A DNA stretch of 64,000 nt from an uncultured Candidatus Saccharibacteria bacterium (GTDB lineage Bacteria; Patescibacteriota; Minisyncoccia; Phycocordibacterales; UBA2100). Below, in pieces: positions 1-9,353 of this stretch (its first letter is position 1; the number at the start of each line of letters is the position of its first letter). Under the pieces are notes generated by a model, which worked only from the letters and a program-made list of their open reading frames with translations, did no database searches and was not told the origin of the DNA. The DNA lies in the NCBI GenBank assembly GCA_964545165.1, contig CAZJEQ010000002.1, forward strand, positions 37,072 through 101,071. The letters are read 5' to 3'. Position numbers and translations under genes: made by a program.

Positions 1-394
1 CATCGGACACCATCGGGGTGGTCGCCTCATCGGGCAATTCGGGTACGACCTTATCAACTTCGTCCTTCAATTTCTGAATGGATTTATCGAGATTGGCGCT
101 CGCATTGAATTCAACTACGACGGTCGAGAGACTCTCGCGCGAGGTCGAGGTGATGGTATTGAGATCAGGCAAATTCGCGAGGCTCGCTTCTACTTTGTCT
201 GTGACGAGGCGCTCCATGTCTTCTGGCGAAGCACCGGGCATCACAATCGTGACCACGCCGACAGGGATAGAAACCTCTGGCGTCGATTCTTTGGTGATTG
301 AGAGAGCGGCAATCGTACCCCACAGAGAAAGACCCACGATCACCAGGATCGTGAATTGCCTTTTCTCTATGAAGAAGTTCCAAATCGGGAGCAT
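1..394 (-). CDS. AcrB/AcrD/AcrF family RND efflux transporter, N-terminal part (runs off window)
   Basis: Manual translation from ATG at 394: MLPIWNFFIEKRQFTILVIVGLSLWGTIAALSITKESTPEVSIP...PGASPEDMERLVTDKVE, the typical AcrB N-terminus. It lies directly downstream of an RND adaptor gene. Confidence 0.85.
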   Translation of the reverse strand, partial: MLPIWNFFIEKRQFTILVIVGLSLWGTIAALSITKESTPEVSIPVGVVTIVMPGASPEDMERLVTDKVEASLANLPDLNTITSTSRESLSTVVVEFNASANLDKSIQKLKDEVDKVVPELPDEATTPMVSD

Positions 395-400
395 ACCCGT

Positions 401-2041
401 CTATTTGGTGGAAACTTGTTGCCCAGCGCGAAGGCCGCGAGCGTCAGTTACGATCATCATCTCGGGAGTGAGTCCCGTGCTCACAATGACGCGCTCACCA
501 AGTAATTCGCCAAGCACGACCGGGTGCGCCTCAAGCGTCCCCTCTGCAGAGACGGTAAAAACGTTGGATTCATCGGATCCTACCTTGATCGCGCTGATTG
601 GAATCGAGAGGCGCGACGTATCGACGGCGCCGACTGCGACACCGCGGCGCTGGAAGGTCACGCTGATTGATTGACCATTGACGAGGTTTTTACCGGAGCC
701 GGTGACACCGATGCGCACCTCGATTTTTTTCGTCACCGGATCAAGCGCCGGCGCGATACGCGTGACGACGCCCTCAGCACCTTCTTCAAGCGAGACCTTG
801 TCCCCCGCCTTGATATGACGCATGTCTTGCTCCGTCACATAGGCAACAACTTCCAGCGCACCATTGTTAGCAATGGTAACGACTGGTGTGGACTGCGAGA
901 GATAATCACCACGTTTGATTGAGAGCGAATTGATCGTGCCGGAAATCGGAGCGCGAACGAGCGCCTTTTCCAGATTAGCGAGCGCTGCGGCATAGGTACC
1001 TTCTGCTTGCTTGAGCGCCGCGTTCGATGCAGCGACGTCTTCGTCCACGGGCCCGCTCACGCCCTGCTCCATATTCTTCTGCGCAGTCTGGAGCGCCTGC
1101 CGCGCAGCGGAGATCGAAGCGAGTGAAGCATTGACCGATCCGCGCGCTGCTACGGCTGTGGCCTGGTAGCCGGAGATCGTAGCCGTCGGCACGCTGATGG
1201 TCGCAATCGCTTTGTTCAGCCCGGTGATGATCGAATCGAGGAAGCCACGTACCGAGCGCAGCTCTGCTTCGGTGCGCGTCAACTCCCCAAGCAAGTCAGC
1301 TCCAGCGGAAACAGTGGAAGCTGCTGCTTCCTGACGCTGTAGCAAGGTATTCATAGCGATACGTCCGTCCTCGATACTGACGATGAGCTGCGAGTCCGGC
1401 ACGGTTACGACAAAATTCGGTCGAGAGCCGCGCGCATTATCGAACATCGCATCGACACCGCCAGAGATGGCGTTGTCGACCGCTGAGTACGCGGCGAGCA
1501 ACGTATTGACCGCACCGGATTTGGCGCCTTCAAGTGAGGACTGCAAGATACCGAGCTGTTCGGGGCGCGTACCTGATTGCACCTTGGCGAGTGACGCCTT
1601 CGCGGCATCCACGGCACCCTGCGCCTGCAGGAGCGCAGCGCGCTGCGACGAGGCCTCGATTTCAACGATGATGGTGCCTGCCGAAACGCTGTCTCCCAGC
1701 GCGCGATTGACACGGGTGACCTGGCCAGACGTCTCTGCACGCACGCTTGCCTCGGAGACTGAGCTGACCGAGCCAACGACCGTGAGCGGTGCCGACTGGG
1801 AAGCAAGCTCAGCCACCGAGCGTACCTCGACCGCGCGAGACGCCTTGGCGGACTCAGCAATCGGGTCGCTCCCACCATGCAGGAACATAATAGCGACAAT
1901 CACCACCGCCAGACCGATACCGGCAGTAATCTTCTGCTTTTTGTTCATCCGGAGCGCACGGTGCCAGAGCGCCGTGGCTTTATGAGTAAGAGAGGAAAGT
2001 TTCATCCGCTCCATCATGTCAGAAAAACGCCGCAGTTTCAA
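401..2041 (-). CDS. RND efflux periplasmic adaptor subunit (HlyD/MFP family)
   Basis: N-terminal TM anchor, biotinyl-lipoyl-like motifs (AETSGQV...GDSVSAG; RAPISGTI) and a long coiled coil. Exact start uncertain. Confidence 0.85.
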   Translation of the reverse strand: MKLRRFSDMMERMKLSSLTHKATALWHRALRMNKKQKITAGIGLAVVIVAIMFLHGGSDPIAESAKASRAVEVRSVAELASQSAPLTVVGSVSSVSEASVRAETSGQVTRVNRALGDSVSAGTIIVEIEASSQRAALLQAQGAVDAAKASLAKVQSGTRPEQLGILQSSLEGAKSGAVNTLLAAYSAVDNAISGGVDAMFDNARGSRPNFVVTVPDSQLIVSIEDGRIAMNTLLQRQEAAASTVSAGADLLGELTRTEAELRSVRGFLDSIITGLNKAIATISVPTATISGYQATAVAARGSVNASLASISAARQALQTAQKNMEQGVSGPVDEDVAASNAALKQAEGTYAAALANLEKALVRAPISGTINSLSIKRGDYLSQSTPVVTIANNGALEVVAYVTEQDMRHIKAGDKVSLEEGAEGVVTRIAPALDPVTKKIEVRIGVTGSGKNLVNGQSISVTFQRRGVAVGAVDTSRLSIPISAIKVGSDESNVFTVSAEGTLEAHPVVLGELLGERVIVSTGLTPEMMIVTDARGLRAGQQVSTK

Positions 2042-3156
2042 TGTGTGTGACCACTGCTTGTCTGCGAGATTTCCCTGCCAACGAGCACGTAACTTGCGAT
2101 AAGCGTAGTCACCGGGACCGTGAGCACGATGCCAATCGAACCAATGATGGTGCGGACAATCTCGGTCGCAAAAAGCTCGCGATTGATTGTCACCAAGATT
2201 GAATCCGTGCTGAACCCGTAAAAGAGCAACAGGAGTGGCAGTGACGCACCGACGTATGCTATAGCAAGCGTATTAACCAGCGCACCAATATGCTCACGGC
2301 CAATGCGAAGCGCACGGAGAAATACTTCGCGACGCGACAGATGTGAGCCTGCCCGAGCAAGTTCTTCCACCGCGACCGCCTGGCCGATCGCCGCATCGTA
2401 GAGGACCCCGAGCGTGCCAATGATTATGCCGCCTATTAAAAGGCCTCCGAGATCGATTGCACCCCGAAGATTGATATTCAAGTAGAGCGCCTCGTCATTG
2501 CCCATACCGGAGAGGTGCGCAAACGGAATCGCGATATAGGCGAGCAATCCCGTGAGGATAATCGTAAGGATCATGCCAGCAACCGCAGTTGAAGTCGTGC
2601 GATTGAAGCCATGCGTGACGTACGAACCCAGCACGACAATGAACGAAGCGACACCGACTGATATTAAAATCGGCGAATATCCGTGCAGGACGCCAGGCAA
2701 AAGCAGGAACAAAATACAGAACAAGCTCCCCACGAGTGCGAGGAGTCCGCGGATACCTTGTCTCCCGCCGAATACAACCACCACGGCGATGAAAAGGAGG
2801 AGCATGAGAGCGAGTTGCGGCAAACGGTAGGGGTCCGTCACCTCGTAATAATCAACGTCGCTGGCAGCATTGGTGACATGGGTAAGGAAAAATACCTGAC
2901 CGACTTCGAGATTCAGGTAGTCATTCTCAACAATGACATACTTCTCTTTTTCGGGACCGTCGAGCACCTCTGCTTGAATAGTCTGCAAAATCCCTTCAAC
3001 TGCTGTACCTGGCACGGTACGATTGGTTTGCGAGATGATTTGCAACACCCTCGCTTTTACAGTGATGGAAGTGTCCGGCACTAATTCCTGCGCCACAGCG
3101 AGCACCGGTACAGAGAGACTCACGAGACAGGCAAGAGAGATGAGTGCGCGACGCAT
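2038..3156 (-). CDS. YibE/F family membrane protein
   Basis: Multiple TMs; motifs IIGTLGVLYD, GREHIGALVNTLAIAYVGASLP and EIVRTIIGSIG. Confidence 0.85.
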   Translation of the reverse strand: MRRALISLACLVSLSVPVLAVAQELVPDTSITVKARVLQIISQTNRTVPGTAVEGILQTIQAEVLDGPEKEKYVIVENDYLNLEVGQVFFLTHVTNAASDVDYYEVTDPYRLPQLALMLLLFIAVVVVFGGRQGIRGLLALVGSLFCILFLLLPGVLHGYSPILISVGVASFIVVLGSYVTHGFNRTTSTAVAGMILTIILTGLLAYIAIPFAHLSGMGNDEALYLNINLRGAIDLGGLLIGGIIIGTLGVLYDAAIGQAVAVEELARAGSHLSRREVFLRALRIGREHIGALVNTLAIAYVGASLPLLLLFYGFSTDSILVTINRELFATEIVRTIIGSIGIVLTVPVTTLIASYVLVGREISQTSSGHTH

Positions 3157-3163
3157 GACTTCA

Positions 3164-3889
3164 CTATACCCCGGCGAGTTTGATCACGACGTAGAGCGTT
3201 GCAATGCCGATAACGGAGGCAATGGTCGTCCAGCGAACCGGATGCGCGTGGTGACTCTCTGGAAGTAGGTCGGACGCGCCAATGTAGAGGAAAAAGCCAG
3301 CGAAAAGCGCGAGAAGGAGTCCCAGATTTGATTCACTGACAGTCAAGAACGACGCAACAATGATGCCAGCGACTGGTGCAAGCGCATCGACGCAGAGCCA
3401 CTTCATCGCCATGAGACGTGTGCCGCCATTTTTTACAATCATGTTGACCGTATTGATACCGTCAGAGAAATCATGAGCCAGCACCGCTGCCGCGACCACA
3501 AGTCCAACTTCGGGCGATACCTGAAATGCCAGCCCGATACCAATGCCGTCAAGGAAGCTATGGAGCGAGAGTGAGCCTGCTCCAAGTGAGGCACGATGCG
3601 ATGCATAGCCCTGCGCATGATCATCATGGTGATGATGCATCACGATGAGGCGGTCGAGAATGAGGTAGGCAGTAAAGCCGAGTGCAATGATGCCCGTCGT
3701 AAAGCTCACGTCATGCGTCTCACCCACGAGCTCAAGTGCTTCGGGCAGAAGATCAAAGAAAGCGACGCCGATCACTGCCCCTGCGGAGAATCCGAGAATC
3801 AGATGAAGACGGTCTTTTAAACGGAGGGCAAACACACCACCGAGTATGGTTGCTGCAAAGGCAGCGGCTGCGATGTAGATCGTAATCAT
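3164..3889 (-). CDS. ZIP family zinc/metal transporter
   Basis: LGFSAG, His-rich loop (HHHHDDH), HSFLDG and HDFSDG metal motifs, DLLPE. Start placed at the ATG overlapping the fur/zur stop (ATGA). Confidence 0.9.
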   Translation of the reverse strand: MITIYIAAAAFAATILGGVFALRLKDRLHLILGFSAGAVIGVAFFDLLPEALELVGETHDVSFTTGIIALGFTAYLILDRLIVMHHHHDDHAQGYASHRASLGAGSLSLHSFLDGIGIGLAFQVSPEVGLVVAAAVLAHDFSDGINTVNMIVKNGGTRLMAMKWLCVDALAPVAGIIVASFLTVSESNLGLLLALFAGFFLYIGASDLLPESHHAHPVRWTTIASVIGIATLYVVIKLAGV

Positions 3890-4302
3890 GCGCAATTGGT
3901 GCACGTCCCGAAGAATTCGAGCGCATGCGAGTTTATTTGATTAAAGAAACGAGACTCCTTGGCCACCGAGCGAGCAAACGTGTCCGAGATGCACGCATCC
4001 ACATCCTCGACGGCGCCGCAATCAGTGCAGACGATGTGATGGTGATGGTGCCCTGGCTCCGTGAATTCGTAGCAGACCTTGCCTGCGCGCAATTCCACGC
4101 GCGAGATGATGCCTGCCTTTTCAAACGACTCTGCGATGCGATACACCGTGACCAGATCAGCCTTCTTGCCGAGCCGCTCTGCGATATCAGAGACCGGCAG
4201 CGGCACCTCAGACGCCGCAAGTGTCGCCAAAAAGGCGAGGCGCGGCTTCGTGGCGCGGAATCCCGCATCGCGAACCACTTGTTTCAGCTCTGTGTCTATC
4301 AT
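3886..4302 (-). CDS. Fur family transcriptional regulator, probably Zur
   Basis: GFRATKPR, TVYR helix, HHHHHIVCTDCG and C-terminal CTNC; upstream of a ZIP transporter. Confidence 0.88.
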   Translation of the reverse strand: MIDTELKQVVRDAGFRATKPRLAFLATLAASEVPLPVSDIAERLGKKADLVTVYRIAESFEKAGIISRVELRAGKVCYEFTEPGHHHHHIVCTDCGAVEDVDACISDTFARSVAKESRFFNQINSHALEFFGTCTNCA

Positions 4303-4308
4303 GGGAAT

Positions 4309-4337
4309 ACCATATACTAGATGCAAATTATTTGCAA
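4309..4337 (-). promoter_or_regulatory. sigma70-type promoter (TTGCAA-N17-TATGGT) overlapped by a perfect 7-1-7 palindrome TGCAAAT-T-ATTTGCA (putative Fur/Zur operator)
   Basis: The palindrome at 4322-4336 is read directly. 7-1-7 geometry is typical of Fur-family boxes, and the -10 sits 6 nt before the regulator ATG. Confidence 0.7.
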
Positions 4338-4395
4338 GTACTTGACAACGACGGGACGTTCGCATACCCTCCCGACACTAGTCATAAAAATCGAT

Positions 4396-5790
4396 ATGAA
4401 AAAATATTCACTCGCGTCGGCGTTATTGCTCATGTTCTTTACAGCTGCATCGCCAGCTTTCGCATCAGCAGTCCCCTGCCCTTACAACTGGAACCGCACG
4501 CTTACAGTAGGCATGACGGGCGCCGACGTACTCGCACTTCAGCAGTTTCTCAATAAAGATCCGCTGACTGCAGTCGCAACGGCCGGTGCCGGGTCCACTG
4601 GTTTCGAGACGACGAGTTTTGGCGGAAAGACCGCAAAAGCGGTGACGACATTCCAGGAAAAGTACCGCGCCGAAGTGCTTGCCCCTGCAGGACTCTCTCG
4701 CGGCACCGGCAGTATCGGACCGCGTACGAGAGCAAAGCTTAACGAGCTCTGCGCAGCCGCACCCACCAGTCTCGTCCCGACCGCGACCACAATCAGCGCG
4801 GCGCCCGTTCTCTCCATTTCCCGCCCCGAGCAGCCGATGCAGGGCATCGCTCCGTCGGGTGCAGGCGGTGTTCCCTTCACTATGTTCGTGCTCAGCACGG
4901 GAGGCAGCGACGCACAGGTGAAGAGCATTACCATCCAACGTGTCGGTGCCGGCGTGGATGGCGCGTTTGAGTCGGTCTACGTGGAAAGCGAAGACGGCTC
5001 ACTCGCGAGCGAAGAGAAGCGCTTGAATGCAGCGCACGTGGCAGTCTTGGGCGCTGATTTCACCATCCCAGCAAACAGCACGGTGCCTTTTACTGTCTTC
5101 GGAAATATGGACGATACGGCAGACTACGAGGGACAGATGCCCTCACTTCGCGTGCTTGCCATCGACGCATCAACGCCGGTCGAAGGCGCCCTCCCACTCG
5201 ATGGCACCGCGCAGACCATCAATGCCACGCTCGAGATCGGTAGCGCATCCGCTACGCTCTCATCGTACGATCCGCAAGGTGATCGTGATCTCTACATCAA
5301 TGAAACCGGTGTTCGCTTCTCAGGTATTCGCATCACTGCGGACTCGCGCGAGGATCTCGAGCTCTCGACAATCGAATGGGAGCAGGCGGGCTCTGCGGGA
5401 GTGGGAGATATTACCAATGTCGTAACCGTGATCGATGGTGTGAGCTACCCGACGAGAATCAGCGGTCGTGTGTACGCAACGGCCTTCTCCCCTGCCATCG
5501 TTGTTAAAAAGGGAGGGACAATTGACGTGCATGTGCAAGGCGACATTCTGCCTAGTGCTGCCAATCGCACAATCAAATTCGACGTGCGCGAGAGTGGCGC
5601 TATTGAGCTCACTGGATTGCAGTACGGCTTCGGCGTAGGCGTCACGGCTGGTGGCAATACCGCGCCAGACGGGAATTCAATCTTTACGACCAGTGACGGC
5701 ACTGGTGACGGTGAAGAAATGATTCCTTTCTTTTCGGGCTCGACGATACAAGTTTCCAGCGGTGGCTTTGTATCCGTGTCACGTAATTAA
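4396..5790 (+). CDS. Secreted/surface protein with N-terminal peptidoglycan-binding-like domain
   Basis: Signal peptide; LTVGMTGADVLALQQFLN...FGGKTAKAVTTFQ...IGPRTRAKLN (PG_binding_1-like); beta-rich C-terminal region. Confidence 0.75.
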   Translation: MKKYSLASALLLMFFTAASPAFASAVPCPYNWNRTLTVGMTGADVLALQQFLNKDPLTAVATAGAGSTGFETTSFGGKTAKAVTTFQEKYRAEVLAPAGLSRGTGSIGPRTRAKLNELCAAAPTSLVPTATTISAAPVLSISRPEQPMQGIAPSGAGGVPFTMFVLSTGGSDAQVKSITIQRVGAGVDGAFESVYVESEDGSLASEEKRLNAAHVAVLGADFTIPANSTVPFTVFGNMDDTADYEGQMPSLRVLAIDASTPVEGALPLDGTAQTINATLEIGSASATLSSYDPQGDRDLYINETGVRFSGIRITADSREDLELSTIEWEQAGSAGVGDITNVVTVIDGVSYPTRISGRVYATAFSPAIVVKKGGTIDVHVQGDILPSAANRTIKFDVRESGAIELTGLQYGFGVGVTAGGNTAPDGNSIFTTSDGTGDGEEMIPFFSGSTIQVSSGGFVSVSRN

Positions 5791-6359
5791 TTTCTCACGT
5801 ACGTAATAAAATCTTCGGCACGCGAGCCAAGCCAGACCGCAATGAGCGTTGAGCCAAGCGTCACTAGCCAGCCAAGTACGACGAGCAGCTCCATATGCCA
5901 GATGCGCTCTTCCACCTCACGCATGTTGCGCCCCGCTACAACAAACCGATCCCCTGCGGCGACCACGACGATCGCCTGACGAATTCCCTCTGCCGGCTGC
6001 CAGGTAATGCGCGTCTGCGCGGCAGTACTCGACGCATCCTGTGCTGTGAGATCCGTAAAAATAGTCACGGGTGGCTGCGGGAGCGCCTTTCCGAGGAGCC
6101 CGCTTGCAGCAAGCGGTGTGCCGGTGGCACTGTAGATGGCAAACCACGGGGCAATTGAATTCGAAATATCAACCGTGTCTTTCGGTACGATGACGGTCAC
6201 CTTTTCCCCGGCACGCAGGCGCGCGGCGGTGTCTTCTGCCACGCGGACCTGCGGATCATCAAATGTTTGGCGGTAGTCCTGTTGCGCAACAGCGTAAATC
6301 AGCACGCTCATGCACGAGAAGCCGATGGCAAGCGGGACCCATATACGAGCAAACCACAT
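5787..6359 (-). CDS. Hypothetical membrane protein (2 TM, sensor-like extracytoplasmic domain)
   Basis: N- and C-terminal TM helices flanking a soluble domain. Confidence 0.6.
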   Translation of the reverse strand: MWFARIWVPLAIGFSCMSVLIYAVAQQDYRQTFDDPQVRVAEDTAARLRAGEKVTVIVPKDTVDISNSIAPWFAIYSATGTPLAASGLLGKALPQPPVTIFTDLTAQDASSTAAQTRITWQPAEGIRQAIVVVAAGDRFVVAGRNMREVEERIWHMELLVVLGWLVTLGSTLIAVWLGSRAEDFITYVRN

Positions 6360-6415
6360 ACCTAAGAATATACCAGGAATCCCGCTCCCTCGCTTGTGGC
6401 GCTATGCACCCGCGC

Positions 6416-7336
6416 CTACGCGAGGATGTGCTGGTTTTTGGGATCCAGAATCGAGGAGAGGAGCGCCATGCGGACAATGAGTCCGTACCCAATCTGGCGG
6501 AAGTAGACGGCGTGCGGAGAATCATCTACCTCTGGCGTGATTTCCCCGACGCGCGGCAAGGGATGAATGATGATGCCGCCTTCTTTCATAGAATCGGCCC
6601 GCTTTCTATCGATGATGTACTGACCGCGCGTGCGCTCATATGCCTCTGGCGAGAGACGCTCCTTCTGAATACGCGTTTGGTAGATCACGTCAGCTTCTTT
6701 CATGACCTCATCGAGCGACTCAGTCTCATCGTACGCGACGTTATGCTCCTTGAGATAATCCTTAAGCTCATCACTCATTGCCAGCTCCCGTGACGAGACG
6801 CCCGTGATTTTTACGTTGTCGAACTTGCCGAGGAGGTATGAGAGGGAGCGTGCGGAGCGGTAGTAACGCAAGTCACCAATGATGCAGATATGCGCGCCAT
6901 CGATTTTACCGAGCTCGCGCTCGATGGTGTACATGTCGAGCAGCGCCTGCGTCGGATGCTGTCCTGCCCCATCACCCGCGTTGATAATCGGGACGCCCGA
7001 GACTTCCGCAGCGCGCTCCGCTGATCCCATTTCCGGATGACGAATGGTGATGGCATCGGCGTAATGATTCAACACACGAATCGTGTCTTCGAGGGTCTCA
7101 CCTTTGGTCGCCGAGGAGACCTCCGCTGCATTTTCTGCGGTGAGGATTTGTCCGCCCAATCGATACATGGCCGACTCAAAAGAAAACCGAGTGCGTGTAC
7201 TCGGTTCAAAGAAAATCGTTGCCATTATTTTGCCGTGGAGCGAATCATCACGGTGGCCTTCCATCTGGGTGGCCAGATCAAAAAGCTTTCTAAGGGAGTC
7301 GCGACTAAATTGCTGGGTCTCTAAGAGGTGTTTCAT
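6416..7336 (-). CDS. pyrB: Aspartate carbamoyltransferase
   Basis: FFEPSTRTRFSFE, NAGDGAGQHPTQALLD, HPLPR. Start at MKHLL, preceded by TATACT. Confidence 0.95.
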   Translation of the reverse strand: MKHLLETQQFSRDSLRKLFDLATQMEGHRDDSLHGKIMATIFFEPSTRTRFSFESAMYRLGGQILTAENAAEVSSATKGETLEDTIRVLNHYADAITIRHPEMGSAERAAEVSGVPIINAGDGAGQHPTQALLDMYTIERELGKIDGAHICIIGDLRYYRSARSLSYLLGKFDNVKITGVSSRELAMSDELKDYLKEHNVAYDETESLDEVMKEADVIYQTRIQKERLSPEAYERTRGQYIIDRKRADSMKEGGIIIHPLPRVGEITPEVDDSPHAVYFRQIGYGLIVRMALLSSILDPKNQHILA

Positions 7337-7394
7337 CGCGAAGCAGTATACATCAGGGGCGCGCCGAGAAATCAACTGCTCACAAGGCTGTGGA

Positions 7395-7985
7395 TTACCG
7401 GAGCGCGAACACCGCCGGATCTCCATACAGGTAGCGCCAGAGCCAACTGAGGAGGGCGGTTGAAGTCGCGGCGACAGCGAGGGAATTATCTCCCGCTCCC
7501 GAAGAGAGCGGCACGTCTCTCGCACCAGTCGAGGGGATGCCGGGAAGCGCCTGCGCCTCCACCTCTATCTCTTGCGCAGGAGCGAGTCGCTCGGCGAGCG
7601 AAAGGTTGCGAACCGCTGACGCGCGCAAGGTGGCATGAGAGAGTTCTGCTGCGAGCATGCCCGTTACATTGACCACATCGCCTTTCTTGATGGCTTGGAG
7701 CGAGTCGCGCGAGGAGCCTGCCGGAGTGAATTTGGTCGAACCGGTCGTCTCAACCGACCACGTGAGCTGCGTCGCACCCCAGGTCGTCGATACAACGATC
7801 GTAAGCCCCTCGACTGATATCACCGTGGCACCTTTGATCATGGTCTGGCCATTCGAGGCAATCGATATTTGCGAGCCACTATTCAGAGCGCTATCAGCAT
7901 GCACGGAATCCCCCGTCCATAAAAGGAGCGTCGCGATGACGAGGAAGGTTCCATATATGAAGCGTGAGGTGTGTTCTTTAATCAT
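7395..7985 (-). CDS. Hypothetical secreted protein (DUF5666-like OB repeat)
   Basis: Signal peptide; IKKGDVVNVTG...ASAVRN motif. Confidence 0.55.
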   Translation of the reverse strand: MIKEHTSRFIYGTFLVIATLLLWTGDSVHADSALNSGSQISIASNGQTMIKGATVISVEGLTIVVSTTWGATQLTWSVETTGSTKFTPAGSSRDSLQAIKKGDVVNVTGMLAAELSHATLRASAVRNLSLAERLAPAQEIEVEAQALPGIPSTGARDVPLSSGAGDNSLAVAATSTALLSWLWRYLYGDPAVFALR

Positions 7986-8048
7986 AGAATGCTGCTCGCG
8001 TATGTTTGACGCGCTGCGGTGCTTGTACTTACTAACGTCTAAAATGGC

Positions 8049-8198
8049 TTACAGCGTCTTCCCGCCCCGGATTACGCGAAAGAGCGCAATCGCAATCGCG
8101 ACAACGAGAAGCAAGTGGAGAAAGCCACCAACCGTATAGGACGTAACAAGTCCGAGAATCCAGAGGGCGAGGAGAATGCCGGCGATGGTGTAGAGCAT
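8049..8198 (-). CDS. lmo0937-family small membrane protein (49 aa, absent from ORF track)
   Basis: Manual translation MLYTIAGILLALWILGLVTSYTVGGFLHLLLVVAIAIALFRVIRGGKTL matches the LW.LG...GG..H.LLV family pattern. Confidence 0.85.
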   Translation of the reverse strand: MLYTIAGILLALWILGLVTSYTVGGFLHLLLVVAIAIALFRVIRGGKTL

Positions 8199-8291
8199 AG
8201 GTGGTCTTGAAAATGAATAAATACCGGACGCGCCAGCGCATCAGGAGCCAATACTATGCCTCTCCTACTGAAGCGAGTGTGAAGGATGAAG

Positions 8292-8930
8292 TTAGTCCGC
8301 CAGGTGTGCACGATCGTTGAAGACGCGGATACACCATTTCGTGTGCTCAGCCTTTGAATCCATCGTGAGCACTGTAATGCCAGTGTTGTCGGTCTGCATC
8401 GTGAGCATGAGCTTCTTGAATTCCGCCCCCGTGTGATCAGGACCCAAAATGATCACGGCGAGAAGGACCTTCAAGTATGAACCATGTCCTACGAGCAGTA
8501 TCGACTCACTCGTATGTGATTCGAGATAGGCGAGCGCCTTCATCACGCGCGCTTTGAGCTCGTGGAAGGTCTCGCCATCCCCCGCTTTCGGACCTTCGTC
8601 GACAAGGCTGAGCATCCAGGCTGCTTCCAGGAGCAATGCATCAGCATCGAGTGGACTCTTGCCGACGTTATCTGATGGCCGACCGCGCTCATCAAAGAGT
8701 GGACTGGTTTCGATCGAGAGCCCTGTCGCGCGCGAAATAATCTCTGCTGTCTCGCGCGAGCGCGCCATCGTACTCGCGATCAAGGTGTCGACAGGCAATT
8801 TCTTGCAGCGCTCTGCTACGACGCGCGCTTGCTCGCGCCCAAGGTCATTTAACGCCGTCTCGGGACCCTGGAAAATCTTACCGATATTGCCCTCGGTCTC
8901 GCCGTGGCGAACAATGTAGACGGTTTTCAT
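8292..8930 (-). CDS. Histidine phosphatase family protein
   Basis: RHGET and LLVGHG motifs. Confidence 0.9.
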   Translation of the reverse strand: MKTVYIVRHGETEGNIGKIFQGPETALNDLGREQARVVAERCKKLPVDTLIASTMARSRETAEIISRATGLSIETSPLFDERGRPSDNVGKSPLDADALLLEAAWMLSLVDEGPKAGDGETFHELKARVMKALAYLESHTSESILLVGHGSYLKVLLAVIILGPDHTGAEFKKLMLTMQTDNTGITVLTMDSKAEHTKWCIRVFNDRAHLAD

Positions 8931-9280
8931 GACTGCGTGCGCACCACGGTGACGCCTGGCATGCCATTGGTGAGCGCCGCCGGCTTTTTGACTGTCACCT
9001 CGACTTTCACGACGCGCGTATCTTCCAGGAGACGCTTCGCGATATGATCTGCCAGGCGCTCTATAAGATAGAACGACTCCTTCTCTACGATCTGCTTCAC
9101 GATCCCAGCAAATGGCATGTAATCCAGTGTGTCGGCGAGATCGTCTGAGGCAGACGCCACGCGCGTATCGAACTCGGCGACAATATCAATGATGAATTCC
9201 TGCTCGTTTAGCCGCTCACTCTCGTGGACACCGTGCTTGCCAAAAAGTGAGATACCGGTAATGAATACGCGATCATGCAT
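8927..9280 (-). CDS. folB: Dihydroneopterin aldolase
   Basis: HGV..ER..Q.F.IDI, SDDLADTLDY, LIERLA, VTVKKP. Confidence 0.92.
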   Translation of the reverse strand: MHDRVFITGISLFGKHGVHESERLNEQEFIIDIVAEFDTRVASASDDLADTLDYMPFAGIVKQIVEKESFYLIERLADHIAKRLLEDTRVVKVEVTVKKPAALTNGMPGVTVVRTQS

Positions 9281-9353
9281 GGCGACATGCTAGCACATGG
9301 CACCTTCACTAAAAAAATGATATTGATGAGCCTAAGCCTAACCGTACCAATCC

